Below, one piece after another: positions 1-9,586 of a DNA stretch of 32,000 bases. Origin of the DNA: Candidatus Saccharimonadota bacterium (GTDB taxonomy: Bacteria; Pseudomonadota; Gammaproteobacteria; Enterobacterales; Enterobacteriaceae). Position 1 is the stretch's first letter. The number at the start of each line of letters is the position of its first letter. The stretch is taken from NCBI RefSeq assembly GCF_012571795.1, contig NZ_CP046222.1:240819-272818 (forward strand), given 5' to 3'. The notes below the pieces were generated by a model, which was given only the letters and a program-made list of their open reading frames with translations, was not told the DNA's origin and searched no databases. Position numbers and translations under genes: made by a program.

Positions 1-139
1 AATATTTCTTTGATTTTTTGAATAGTCATTTGTATATAATTCCTATATAATAAATATATAATTTATATATTTATTTTATGCAGAGTATATTTAATTATAA
101 AATATTTTGAATGAAGTATTATTAAAATAAATTATTAAA

Positions 140-922
140 TTAATTTGACTTCTGAGATAATAATAATTGTAATATATGTGAATGAGCTACTAAAATATTT
201 TTAGAATATTTATAATTATAATGTCCTATAAAATCCGTTAGTAGACCACCTGATTCTTTAATTAGTAATTCGCCAGCAATAAAATAATAAAAATCTGTAA
301 TATTATTATTTATATAACAGTTAATTTTATTAGATGATACATATGCTAAATCTAAAGCAATAGAACCACTAACACGTAATGACACTAAATATTGATGTAA
401 TATATTTATAAAATTTATATTATTTTTACTGTAAAAAATATAATCTGGATTTAAACCTAATAAAAAATTATTATCTTTTTTATGTGAAAATTTTGTACAA
501 CGTATTTTATACCCATTTAATTGAGTATTTTGGCCTCTTATAGCAGTAAATAAATCATTTCTTAATGGATCATAAACTAATGATACTTCTGTTTTTCCAT
601 GAATACAGATAGCTATAGATATAGCAAAATGAGGTAATTTTTTAATAAAATTAACTATGCCATCTAATGGATTAATAATCCATGTGGTTTTTTTATATTT
701 TAAAATTAATAATTCTTTTTTATTAGATACAATAATATTTTTAGAATATATATCATTTAATGATTTAATTGTAATTTTATTAATTAAACGTAACATTTTA
801 ATAATAATAAAATTATAATTTTCTGTATGATTAAGATATTTTTTTTGTATTTCATAATATTGTAAAACTATATCTCCTATTTGTCGTACTATACGTATGG
901 CAACATTAAGCATGGGACGCAT
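140..922 (-). CDS. suhB: SuhB family protein (inositol monophosphatase fold; rRNA antitermination factor in E. coli). Catalytic motifs are degenerate.
   Basis: The 260-aa ORF is collinear with E. coli SuhB as I recall it. Shared elements are MxPMLN at the N-terminus, W81 at the identical position, LPHFAxSIA, VYDPxRNxLFTA, QLNGY, GSxALDLAYV and AGELLxxExGG. Confidence 0.9.
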   Translation of the reverse strand: MRPMLNVAIRIVRQIGDIVLQYYEIQKKYLNHTENYNFIIIKMLRLINKITIKSLNDIYSKNIIVSNKKELLILKYKKTTWIINPLDGIVNFIKKLPHFAISIAICIHGKTEVSLVYDPLRNDLFTAIRGQNTQLNGYKIRCTKFSHKKDNNFLLGLNPDYIFYSKNNINFINILHQYLVSLRVSGSIALDLAYVSSNKINCYINNNITDFYYFIAGELLIKESGGLLTDFIGHYNYKYSKNILVAHSHILQLLLSQKSN

Positions 923-1081
923 ATTAGTTTTCTCACAAATTAATTTACATATAATTTATTATTCAATAATAAATTATATATTTTTTATATATATAGTGTA
1001 AACATATACAATATATATTTTATATATTATTATTTTTTTATATAATAACTTTAATGTTCTATTAATATATAATAAAAAATT

Positions 1082-1381
1082 ATGAATAATGTAACAAATA
1101 TTACAGATGATATACACCAAGACTTGCAAAATAAAGTTATATTATATATAACACAAAATATTAATCCTAAATTATTATATCATGGAGGATCTTTAAAATT
1201 AATAAAAATTACAAAAGAAAAAATAGCATTATTAAAATTTAATGGTGGATGTAAAGGATGCGCTATGAGTCAACAAACATTACATAATTGGATTGAAAAA
1301 CAATTATTAAATGAATTTCCAATATTACAAGGAATACGTGATATTACTATACATAAAAAAAATAATTTATCATATTTTTAG
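1082..1381 (+). CDS. nfuA: Stand-alone Nfu-type Fe-S cluster carrier domain (C-terminal half of NfuA)
   Basis: The 99-aa ORF aligns to the C-terminal Nfu domain of E. coli NfuA. Shared elements are INPxLxxHGG, FxGGCxGCxMS (CxxC kept), IEKQLLNEFPxLxGxRDxT and a terminal SY[YF]. There is no N-terminal A-type domain. Confidence 0.85.
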   Translation: MNNVTNITDDIHQDLQNKVILYITQNINPKLLYHGGSLKLIKITKEKIALLKFNGGCKGCAMSQQTLHNWIEKQLLNEFPILQGIRDITIHKKNNLSYF

Positions 1382-1446
1382 TTAGTATAACAAAATTTTT
1401 ATTAATATATTTTATATTATATAATTTCTATAAGGAATAATATTCT

Positions 1447-2349
1447 ATGCCAGTAATAGTGCCGGATAAATTACCAGCAATTGATATTTTAAAACAAGAA
1501 CATATTGTTGTATTATCTAATAAAAATATTCCTAAATATAATAATTCATATAAAATAATTAATATTTTATTATTAAATTTGATGTATAAAAAAATTGATA
1601 CAGAAAATCAAATTATTCGGTTATTATCATATTCACCATTATATATTAAATTAACTTTATTATATATCCATGATATACAATCACATAATATAAATTCTTT
1701 AAAACATACTAAAAAATTTTATTATACTTTAGAACAAATTATGCATAAAAAATATGATGGGTTAATTATTACTGGTGCACCATTAGGGTTAATTCCATTT
1801 TCTAAAATCAGATATTGGAATGATTTTGTACGTATTATTTATTGGTCTAAAGAACATGTGCATTCTATATTATCATTTTGTTGGTCTGTACAAGCTATTT
1901 TATATATATTATATAATATACCTAAATGTATTAGAAATACTAAATTATTAGGTATTTTTAAACATAAAATTGTATTAAAAAATAATTTGTTGGTTCAAGG
2001 ATTTGATGATTATTTTTTTGCACCACATTCACGATATGCAGATTTTTCTTTAGATATAATAAAAAATTATACAGATCTTAATATAATATCTTATTCTAAA
2101 GAGGCTGGAGTTTATTTATGTACAACATATAATAAAAAATATATTTTTATTACAGGACATCCTGAATATGATTTTAATACTATTGCAAAAGAATATTTTA
2201 ATGATCTAAAAAAAAATAATAAAATACATATTCCATATAATTATTTTACTAAAAATAATATTTTTTCTAAACCAATTAATACATGGAAAAGTCACGGTTA
2301 TTTGTTATTTTCAAATTGGATTCATAATTTTATTTATATAAATAAATAG
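1447..2349 (+). CDS. metA: Homoserine O-succinyltransferase
   Basis: The 300-aa ORF matches MetA end to end. Shared elements are MPxxVPDxLPA, ETENQ, DGLIxTGAP, CW(A/S)VQA (catalytic Cys kept), APHSRYADF, TGHPEYD and SHGxLLFxNW. Confidence 0.93.
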   Translation: MPVIVPDKLPAIDILKQEHIVVLSNKNIPKYNNSYKIINILLLNLMYKKIDTENQIIRLLSYSPLYIKLTLLYIHDIQSHNINSLKHTKKFYYTLEQIMHKKYDGLIITGAPLGLIPFSKIRYWNDFVRIIYWSKEHVHSILSFCWSVQAILYILYNIPKCIRNTKLLGIFKHKIVLKNNLLVQGFDDYFFAPHSRYADFSLDIIKNYTDLNIISYSKEAGVYLCTTYNKKYIFITGHPEYDFNTIAKEYFNDLKKNNKIHIPYNYFTKNNIFSKPINTWKSHGYLLFSNWIHNFIYINK

Positions 2350-2420
2350 TATATATTTAAAATATATATATTAATAAATAATTTATATATATTATTTTAT
2401 TTTGTTTAAAGGAATGTTAA

Positions 2421-4124
2421 GTGTTAGCTACTAATTATGTATTTTTTACTTCTAAAATTAATAAAAAAAATATTAATAGTTATACCATAATGATTAATGC
2501 AGGTATGATTAAACAATTATCTTCTGGTATTTATTACTGGTTACCTACTGGCTTAAAAGTTCTTAAAAATATTGAAAACATAGTACGCAACACTATGAAT
2601 AAAATTAATGCTATAGAAATTTTAATACCTATACTACAAAATGTTTGTATTTGGGAACAAAGTAATAGAATTAAAGATTATGGAGCTGAATTATTTAATA
2701 TTACAGATCGCAAACAACATAATTTAGTTCTAAGTCCTACTAATGAAGAAGCTATAACGTATTGTTTGAAAAATGTGATTAAATCTTATAAAGAATTACC
2801 AATACATATTTATCAAATACAAACTAAATTTAGAGATGAAATAAGACCAAGATTAGGTATTATTCGTGCTAAAGAATTTATTATGAAAGATAGTTATTCT
2901 TTTCATATAAATAGAATTTCTTTGCAAGAAACATATAATATGATGTTAACTACATACAAAAAAATATTTGATATTTTAAAATTAGAATATATCATTATTC
3001 AAGCCGAAAACAGTATAATTGGTGGTAATATTTCACATGAATTTCATTTATTTGCAAATAATGGAGAAAATACTTTAGCATTAACTCAATGTCATAAATA
3101 TATTTCTAATATAGAATTAGCTACATATTTCTTACCTAAGAAAAATAAAATTAATATAAAAAAATTTATTAAAAAAATAAATATTACTAGTACTAAAAGT
3201 TTATTAAATATATGTAGAAAATATAATATTGATCAAAATAATATTATCAAAATTATTATAATACAAATTATTAATGTAAAAAATAAATTTATTATTATTT
3301 TTATTAAACAAAATTATACATTTAATATATATAAATTTATTAAAATTAGTAAAGAAAAAATTGAAAATCTAAAAATTTTATCAGAACAAGAAACTAAACA
3401 ATATAATTTATTTGATATGATTAAATTACAAAATAATGTATCAATAATAGCAGATTATTCTGTAATAAATATGTATAATTTTATTATTAATATTTATCAA
3501 AATCAATATATTATATATGCTAATTGGTATAGAGATATACCATATCCTACAAATATCCAAGATATTAGATATGTTACACAAAATGATTTAGCACCTAATG
3601 GTAAAGATTATTTAATTATAAAACGTAGTATTGAAATAGCTCATATTTTTCAACTAGATAAAAAATATTCACAATCTATGAATTTATATATTAATAATAT
3701 TAATGGTATAAAAAAATATTTATATATGGGATGTTATGGTATTGGTATTTCTAGAATTATTGCTGCAATTATCGAACAACATCATGATGCTAAAGGTATA
3801 ATTTGGCCTACTACATTAATAGCTCCTTTTAAAATTGCAATTATACCAATTAATATGCATGCTATCGATGCAGTAAAAGATATTGCTTATTTTTTATATA
3901 AAAAATTTACAAAATTAAACAAAGAAACTTTATTAGATAATAGAAAAGAAAATCCCGGCAAAATGTTAACAGATATAGATTTAATTGGTATACCACATAT
4001 AATTATAATAAATATAAAAAATTTAAAAAACAATCATGTAGAATATAAATATCGTAATACAGAAGAAAAATTTTTAATTTCTTTAAATAATATTATATCA
4101 TTTATTATGAATAAAAATAATTAA
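2421..4124 (+). CDS. proS: Prolyl-tRNA synthetase (bacterial type with INS editing-domain insertion)
   Basis: The 567-aa ORF starts at GTG with AAAGGA 8-13 nt upstream. It carries class II motifs: YQIQTKFRDExRPR, REFxMKDxYSF, GCYGIGxSR and WPxxxAPF. The anticodon-binding C-terminus is conserved (LLDxRKExPGxMxxDxxLIGIPH). Confidence 0.93.
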   Translation: MLATNYVFFTSKINKKNINSYTIMINAGMIKQLSSGIYYWLPTGLKVLKNIENIVRNTMNKINAIEILIPILQNVCIWEQSNRIKDYGAELFNITDRKQHNLVLSPTNEEAITYCLKNVIKSYKELPIHIYQIQTKFRDEIRPRLGIIRAKEFIMKDSYSFHINRISLQETYNMMLTTYKKIFDILKLEYIIIQAENSIIGGNISHEFHLFANNGENTLALTQCHKYISNIELATYFLPKKNKINIKKFIKKINITSTKSLLNICRKYNIDQNNIIKIIIIQIINVKNKFIIIFIKQNYTFNIYKFIKISKEKIENLKILSEQETKQYNLFDMIKLQNNVSIIADYSVINMYNFIINIYQNQYIIYANWYRDIPYPTNIQDIRYVTQNDLAPNGKDYLIIKRSIEIAHIFQLDKKYSQSMNLYINNINGIKKYLYMGCYGIGISRIIAAIIEQHHDAKGIIWPTTLIAPFKIAIIPINMHAIDAVKDIAYFLYKKFTKLNKETLLDNRKENPGKMLTDIDLIGIPHIIIINIKNLKNNHVEYKYRNTEEKFLISLNNIISFIMNKNN

Positions 4125-5446
4125 TTATTTTTATTATCCCATTTAATAAATAATATTTTATTTGAATTAATATTCTTTAATTGATTAAATGTAGTACAAA
4201 TATTATTTTCTAAATCTGCAATAAACTGATTATTATAAAATAATAATGGTATTTGTTTTCTTTTCCAAAATGGTATAGATAATTTTTCCCATATACTACA
4301 AATACTAACTTTATAAATAGTATTAAAATATATATAAAATTTTTTATTATTAAAAAATTTTATATATATATATTCATTATCTTCAGGATAACGAATTCTA
4401 ATACTATTATTAGTATATTTTAAACTAATATTTAGTTTTCCTAATTTATAAGGCAATATTAAAGGTTTATGGATGTTGAACCATAATAAAGTTTTATCTG
4501 TAAAAATATCATTATTAATACAAAATAAATATGATTTATATTTACAAATAATTTTATTTTTTATTAAAATTTCTGATTTGGGGCTATTACAACAAATAAT
4601 ATCTTTCCAAATTAAAAATAATACTTTTCTAGAAGGCATAACACATTCATTATATTCTAACCATTTTCTTAAAATACTATTTCTTTTATAAATACTATAA
4701 TATTTTAGTGGTATATAAAATAAACTTTTATCCTTTTGTATTAAATTAACTAATATAGGATTTAAGAATTCATTTAATAATTTTTCCTGTTCTTGACATA
4801 ATTGTGCAGATCTTACAATATTTTTATTAAAATAAGACCAACGATCATTAATTTGTGGTAAAATAATATTTCTTAAAAAATTACGATCATAATTAATATT
4901 TGAATTGCTCGGATCATCGATCCATTGTAATTTATTTTGTATAGCATATTCCAAAATTTTATGTTTAGAGATATTTAATAAAGGACGAAAAACTTTAATA
5001 TTATTAATAATATTTTGATATGGAATACCTGATAATCCTTTTGGACCACTACCTCTTTTTAAAGCTAATAAAATAGTTTCACATTGATCATTCAAATGAT
5101 GTGCTGTTACAAGAAACTCATGATTTTTAATAACTTGTTGAAAAACAATATATCTTTTTATACGTGCTATTTCTTCTATATTACTTATATTATTACAAAA
5201 AATACTTTTGTGTAAAAAAATTACATTTAATTTTTGACATTCTAAAAAACATATATTAACCCATTTTTTTGATTGATGTGTTAAGTTATGATTAACATGA
5301 ATAGCACGTAATGAAATATTAGGATATTTATTACGTAATTTTACTAAATTATATAATAATACTGAAGAATCTAATCCACCACTATATGCTACTAATATAT
5401 TTTGTAGTTTATATAATATTGACTGTATGTTTTTGGTAATTAACAT
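4121..5446 (-). CDS. tilS: tRNA(Ile)-lysidine synthetase
   Basis: The 441-aa ORF has an N-terminal PP-loop (VAYSGGLDSSVLL) followed by HVNHxL, TAHHxxDQxET, RPLL and WxxDxSN. Its position between dnaE and proS matches E. coli. Confidence 0.9.
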   Translation of the reverse strand: MLITKNIQSILYKLQNILVAYSGGLDSSVLLYNLVKLRNKYPNISLRAIHVNHNLTHQSKKWVNICFLECQKLNVIFLHKSIFCNNISNIEEIARIKRYIVFQQVIKNHEFLVTAHHLNDQCETILLALKRGSGPKGLSGIPYQNIINNIKVFRPLLNISKHKILEYAIQNKLQWIDDPSNSNINYDRNFLRNIILPQINDRWSYFNKNIVRSAQLCQEQEKLLNEFLNPILVNLIQKDKSLFYIPLKYYSIYKRNSILRKWLEYNECVMPSRKVLFLIWKDIICCNSPKSEILIKNKIICKYKSYLFCINNDIFTDKTLLWFNIHKPLILPYKLGKLNISLKYTNNSIRIRYPEDNEYIYIKFFNNKKFYIYFNTIYKVSICSIWEKLSIPFWKRKQIPLLFYNNQFIADLENNICTTFNQLKNINSNKILFIKWDNKNN

Positions 5447-5549
5447 ATATATATTATAATTAATAAATAATTTTTAGTTTAAAATAACTTAATATAACAT
5501 TAATAGTATATTAATAATATTTGTTTATAAAATATTTTTTTTATAAAAA

Positions 5550-8500
5550 TTATTTTAAACATAATTTATAAGACAAATTGTTTAATTTTATTAAAAACTT
5601 AATTTGTGAAAATTGTAATTCATTATTTTTTAAATAAAATTTTTGATTATGATATAACATATCTTTTTTATTATTATTCATATAAAAATATATGGGAATA
5701 TTGTTTTCAAAATTATTTTTAGATAAAAAATTAATCATATATATAAAATTTTTAGTTATTAATATATTTTTATTATTAATAAAAATATTAATATGTTTTA
5801 AATATTTTTTTCTTATATTTAACAAACTATTAATTTTATATGCATAAATTTTATATATATGATGAAAATAATCTTTTTTTATTACACCATCTAAAATAAC
5901 CAAATTATTAATTTTAATACAATTATGATATTTATTAAAAATATGTAATGTTAAATAAACATCAATATTTTGTGTATTATCTTCAAAATTTAAAATAATA
6001 AATCTTTGTTTTTTGTAATTTACAATATTATTTATATTATTAATAATACCACCTAATTGTATTATATTATTAGCATAATTATTATATTCTTTACAAATTT
6101 TTTGTATATTTATTTCTTTAGTATATAAAGATAATTCTGATACATATTCATTTACTGGATGATTAGTTAAGTAAAAGCCTAAAATATTTTTTTCTTTTAA
6201 TAATATTTCTTTTTGAGAATATTTAATAATGATATCATTTAGAATTTTATCTTTATGAATAATATCATATTCAGATTGCATGAAATGCATTTGACCTGTG
6301 TTTTTTTGATGTAAATAGTAATGAGTCATTTGCATTATTTTATTCAAATTTTTTAACATAATATTTCTACTTAGCTGAAACACATCTAATGCACCAGAAA
6401 TAATTAATTTTTCTAAAATATGTTTATTATTTTTTTCAAAAGCCATTCGAATACATAAATCAATAATTGATAAAAAATTACCATATTTTTTTCTATTATT
6501 AATAATTTGTTTAGATTGATTTATACCTATGCCTTTAATAGCTCCTAAACCATAAATAATATTTTTATGTTTAACATGAAATTTATACAAACTTTGATTA
6601 ATATTAGGAGATAAAATTTTAATATTCATGTTTTTACATTCATTTATTAGAATAATTATTCTTGTAGTATTATCCATTTCTGATGTTAATACAGCAGCCA
6701 TAAATTCTTCAGGATAATAAACTTTTAACCAAAGTGTTTGATATGATATTAATGCATAACTAACAGAATGAGATTTATTAAATCCATATGCAGCAAATTT
6801 TTCAAGAAAATCAAAAATTTTCATAGATAATATTTTATCAATATTTAATTTTTGCGACCCTTGTAAAAATAATGATCTTTGTTTAAACATTTCTTCATGT
6901 TGTTTTTTACCAATAACACGTCGTAAAACATCAGCTTGTCCTAAACTATAACCAGATAATACTTGTGCTATTTGCATTACTTGTTCTTGATATAAAATAA
7001 TACCATATGTAGATTGTAATATTGGCTTTAAAGAATTATGTTGCCATACAATATCCGGATAATAAATTTTTTCTTTACCATTTTTACGATTAATAAAATT
7101 ATCTACCATGCCTGATTGTAATGGACCTGGACGAAATAAAGCTAATAAAGATACTATATCCTCAAAATTATTTGGTTTAAGACGTTTAATTAATTCTTTT
7201 ATACCTTTAGACTCTAACTGAAAAATTCCTGTAGTATGAGCTGTTTTTAAAAAATGAAAAATATTTTTATCTTCTAATGAAATAGAATTAATATCTAATA
7301 TATGATTGTTCGATTTATTAATCATATTTAATGTATAATCAATAATAGTTAATGTTTTTAAACCTAAAAAATCAAATTTTACTAAACCTATTTCTTCTAT
7401 ATCATTTTTATCAAATTGAGTTAGGATATTAGATCCTAAATTATCACAATATATAGGTGTAAATTCTGTAATTTTCCCAGGTGAAATAACTACACCACCA
7501 GCATGTTTTCCAATGCCTCTTATTGTGCCTTCTAATTTTAGAGCAAAATTTATTAAATTTTTTATATTATTATCAGATTTATATAAAATTTCTAATTTTT
7601 TATTTTTTATCAAAGCTTTTTTTAATGTTATACCAACATCTAGAGGTACTAATTTAGAAATACGATTAATAAAATCATAAGGATAACCTAAAACTCTTCC
7701 AACATCTCTAATTACTGCTTTTGCAGTCATAGTACTAAAAGTAATAATTTGTGCAACTGAATTAGTACCATACATTTTTTTTACATGATCAATAACTAAA
7801 TCACGTTTTTCCATACAAAAATCAATATCAAAATCTGGTAAAGAAATTCGTTCTGGATTTAAAAATCTTTCAAAAATTAAATTAAATTTTATTGGGTCAA
7901 TATTAGTAATATCAAGGGCATATGCTACTAATGATCCAGCACCAGAACCTCGAGCAGGACCAACAGGAATATTATTATGTTTGGCCCATTGTACAAATTC
8001 CATCACTATCAAAAAATAACTAGTAAAACCCATATTATTAATAACTTGCAATTCTTTTAATAATCTTGACTGATATTTAATAATATTATTATTTATATTA
8101 TATATACCTAATTTTATTAATTTTTTTTTTAATCCATTTGTTGCTTGTTGTGTTAAATATGTTTGTATAGGAATATTAATAGTAGTAAAATTAGGTAGAA
8201 AATATTTGCCTAATGTTAAAAATACATTACATCTCTGAGCTATTAGCATACTATTATGTATAGCTTCAGGTATATCTTGAAACAATAATGACATTTCTAC
8301 TGGAGATTTAAAAAATTGTTCATCACTATAATTATTTATTTTCATATATTCATTTAAGGTTTTACCTAAATAAATAGCTACACGTATATTATGTACATGA
8401 AAATCTGTTTTTTTTAAAAAACATACTTCATTAGTTGCTATAACAGGTAAATTAAAATCATAAGCCAAATTTAATGCAATATCTATATATTTTGTTTCAT

Positions 8501-9041
8501 CAATACGATTGGTACGTGTTAATTCTAAATAAAAACAATTAGGAAAATATTTTTTATAAAAAGCAATTATTTTTTTTATTCTAATAAAATTATTTGTAAT
8601 AATATTAATACCTATATCGCCATTTATACTGCCAGATAAAATAATTAATCCCTTATTATATTTTTTAAGTAAATGATAACTTATAGTAGGTCCAATATTG
8701 TTACAATAACCTTGTTGATAAGCAATAGATAGTAAATATTTCAGATTTTGATAACCAATATTATTCATAGCTAATATAGTTATTTTACTATATTGATAAG
8801 AAGATATTATATTATTATTTAATATAATTTTAAATTCAGATCCTATAATTGCTTTAATGCCAAAATTATGTGCTAATTTATAAAATTTTATTAATCCAAA
8901 AATATTTGTAATATCAGTAATAGCAACAGCAGGCATTTTAAATATTGATGTTTGTTTAATAATATGTTCAATTTTAGCTAATCCGTTTTGTATAGAATAA
9001 TCACTATGAACATTTAAATGTATAAAATTATTTATATTCAT
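5550..9041 (-). CDS. dnaE: DNA polymerase III alpha subunit
   Basis: The 1163-aa ORF has the PHP motif HLxVHSDYS and the palm motif LPDFDIDFC. It also has GxHAGGVVI, FDFLGLKTLT, RPGP, ILYQEQVMQ, and YGFNKSH. Confidence 0.97.
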   Translation of the reverse strand: MNINNFIHLNVHSDYSIQNGLAKIEHIIKQTSIFKMPAVAITDITNIFGLIKFYKLAHNFGIKAIIGSEFKIILNNNIISSYQYSKITILAMNNIGYQNLKYLLSIAYQQGYCNNIGPTISYHLLKKYNKGLIILSGSINGDIGINIITNNFIRIKKIIAFYKKYFPNCFYLELTRTNRIDETKYIDIALNLAYDFNLPVIATNEVCFLKKTDFHVHNIRVAIYLGKTLNEYMKINNYSDEQFFKSPVEMSLLFQDIPEAIHNSMLIAQRCNVFLTLGKYFLPNFTTINIPIQTYLTQQATNGLKKKLIKLGIYNINNNIIKYQSRLLKELQVINNMGFTSYFLIVMEFVQWAKHNNIPVGPARGSGAGSLVAYALDITNIDPIKFNLIFERFLNPERISLPDFDIDFCMEKRDLVIDHVKKMYGTNSVAQIITFSTMTAKAVIRDVGRVLGYPYDFINRISKLVPLDVGITLKKALIKNKKLEILYKSDNNIKNLINFALKLEGTIRGIGKHAGGVVISPGKITEFTPIYCDNLGSNILTQFDKNDIEEIGLVKFDFLGLKTLTIIDYTLNMINKSNNHILDINSISLEDKNIFHFLKTAHTTGIFQLESKGIKELIKRLKPNNFEDIVSLLALFRPGPLQSGMVDNFINRKNGKEKIYYPDIVWQHNSLKPILQSTYGIILYQEQVMQIAQVLSGYSLGQADVLRRVIGKKQHEEMFKQRSLFLQGSQKLNIDKILSMKIFDFLEKFAAYGFNKSHSVSYALISYQTLWLKVYYPEEFMAAVLTSEMDNTTRIIILINECKNMNIKILSPNINQSLYKFHVKHKNIIYGLGAIKGIGINQSKQIINNRKKYGNFLSIIDLCIRMAFEKNNKHILEKLIISGALDVFQLSRNIMLKNLNKIMQMTHYYLHQKNTGQMHFMQSEYDIIHKDKILNDIIIKYSQKEILLKEKNILGFYLTNHPVNEYVSELSLYTKEINIQKICKEYNNYANNIIQLGGIINNINNIVNYKKQRFIILNFEDNTQNIDVYLTLHIFNKYHNCIKINNLVILDGVIKKDYFHHIYKIYAYKINSLLNIRKKYLKHINIFINNKNILITKNFIYMINFLSKNNFENNIPIYFYMNNNKKDMLYHNQKFYLKNNELQFSQIKFLIKLNNLSYKLCLK

Positions 9042-9074
9042 TAAGTTTATATAATGAAATGTTTTATTATATTA

Positions 9075-9506
9075 TTATTGAATAATTTGAGCACATATAA
9101 TTTTAGCCTTACACACTACTTGATTATTTACCTTAGCTAAAATATTACAAAATATTAAATGTTTCTTTGTTTTGTATATATAACTTTCTAAAAACATTTG
9201 ATCTCCTGGTAAAACTATTTTTTTAAAACGTGCATGATCAATGCCAGCTATATAATATATTACTGTTTTTTTTAAAATTTGTGAATTTTTATATAGTAAA
9301 AAACTTGTATTTTGTATCATAGATTCTAATATTAGTACACCGGGATAAATGGGTTGATTAGGAAAATGACCTTGAAAACAAGGTTCATTAAAAGATATAT
9401 TTTTTAATGAATAAATAAAGTTTGATTCACATATAATAATACGATCTATTAAAATAAATGGATACTTATGTGGTAAAATTTTTTGAATTTCCATTATATT
9501 GTTCAA
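9075..9506 (-). CDS. fabZ: 3-hydroxyacyl-ACP dehydratase
   Basis: The 143-aa ORF carries LPHxYPFxLIDR, FQGHFPxxPIxPGVLILE (catalytic His and Glu kept), AGIDxARFKxxVxPGDQ. Confidence 0.92.
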   Translation of the reverse strand: MNNIMEIQKILPHKYPFILIDRIIICESNFIYSLKNISFNEPCFQGHFPNQPIYPGVLILESMIQNTSFLLYKNSQILKKTVIYYIAGIDHARFKKIVLPGDQMFLESYIYKTKKHLIFCNILAKVNNQVVCKAKIICAQIIQ

Positions 9507-9586
9507 TATATATACCCTACATAAAATATTTTTACTATATAATATATTATATTACTAATATTTATAAAATTAAATAACATAATATA

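Noticed and set aside
1-29. A possible minus-strand gene start (ATG at 29-27, MTIQKIKEI...) running off the left edge of the window.
   Set aside because: Only 9 codons are visible. I cannot assign homology or even confirm that it is coding.
4473-4691. A 72-aa plus-strand ORF.
   Set aside because: It lies entirely antisense inside tilS, has a low-complexity I/L/K/F composition and contains no recognisable motif.
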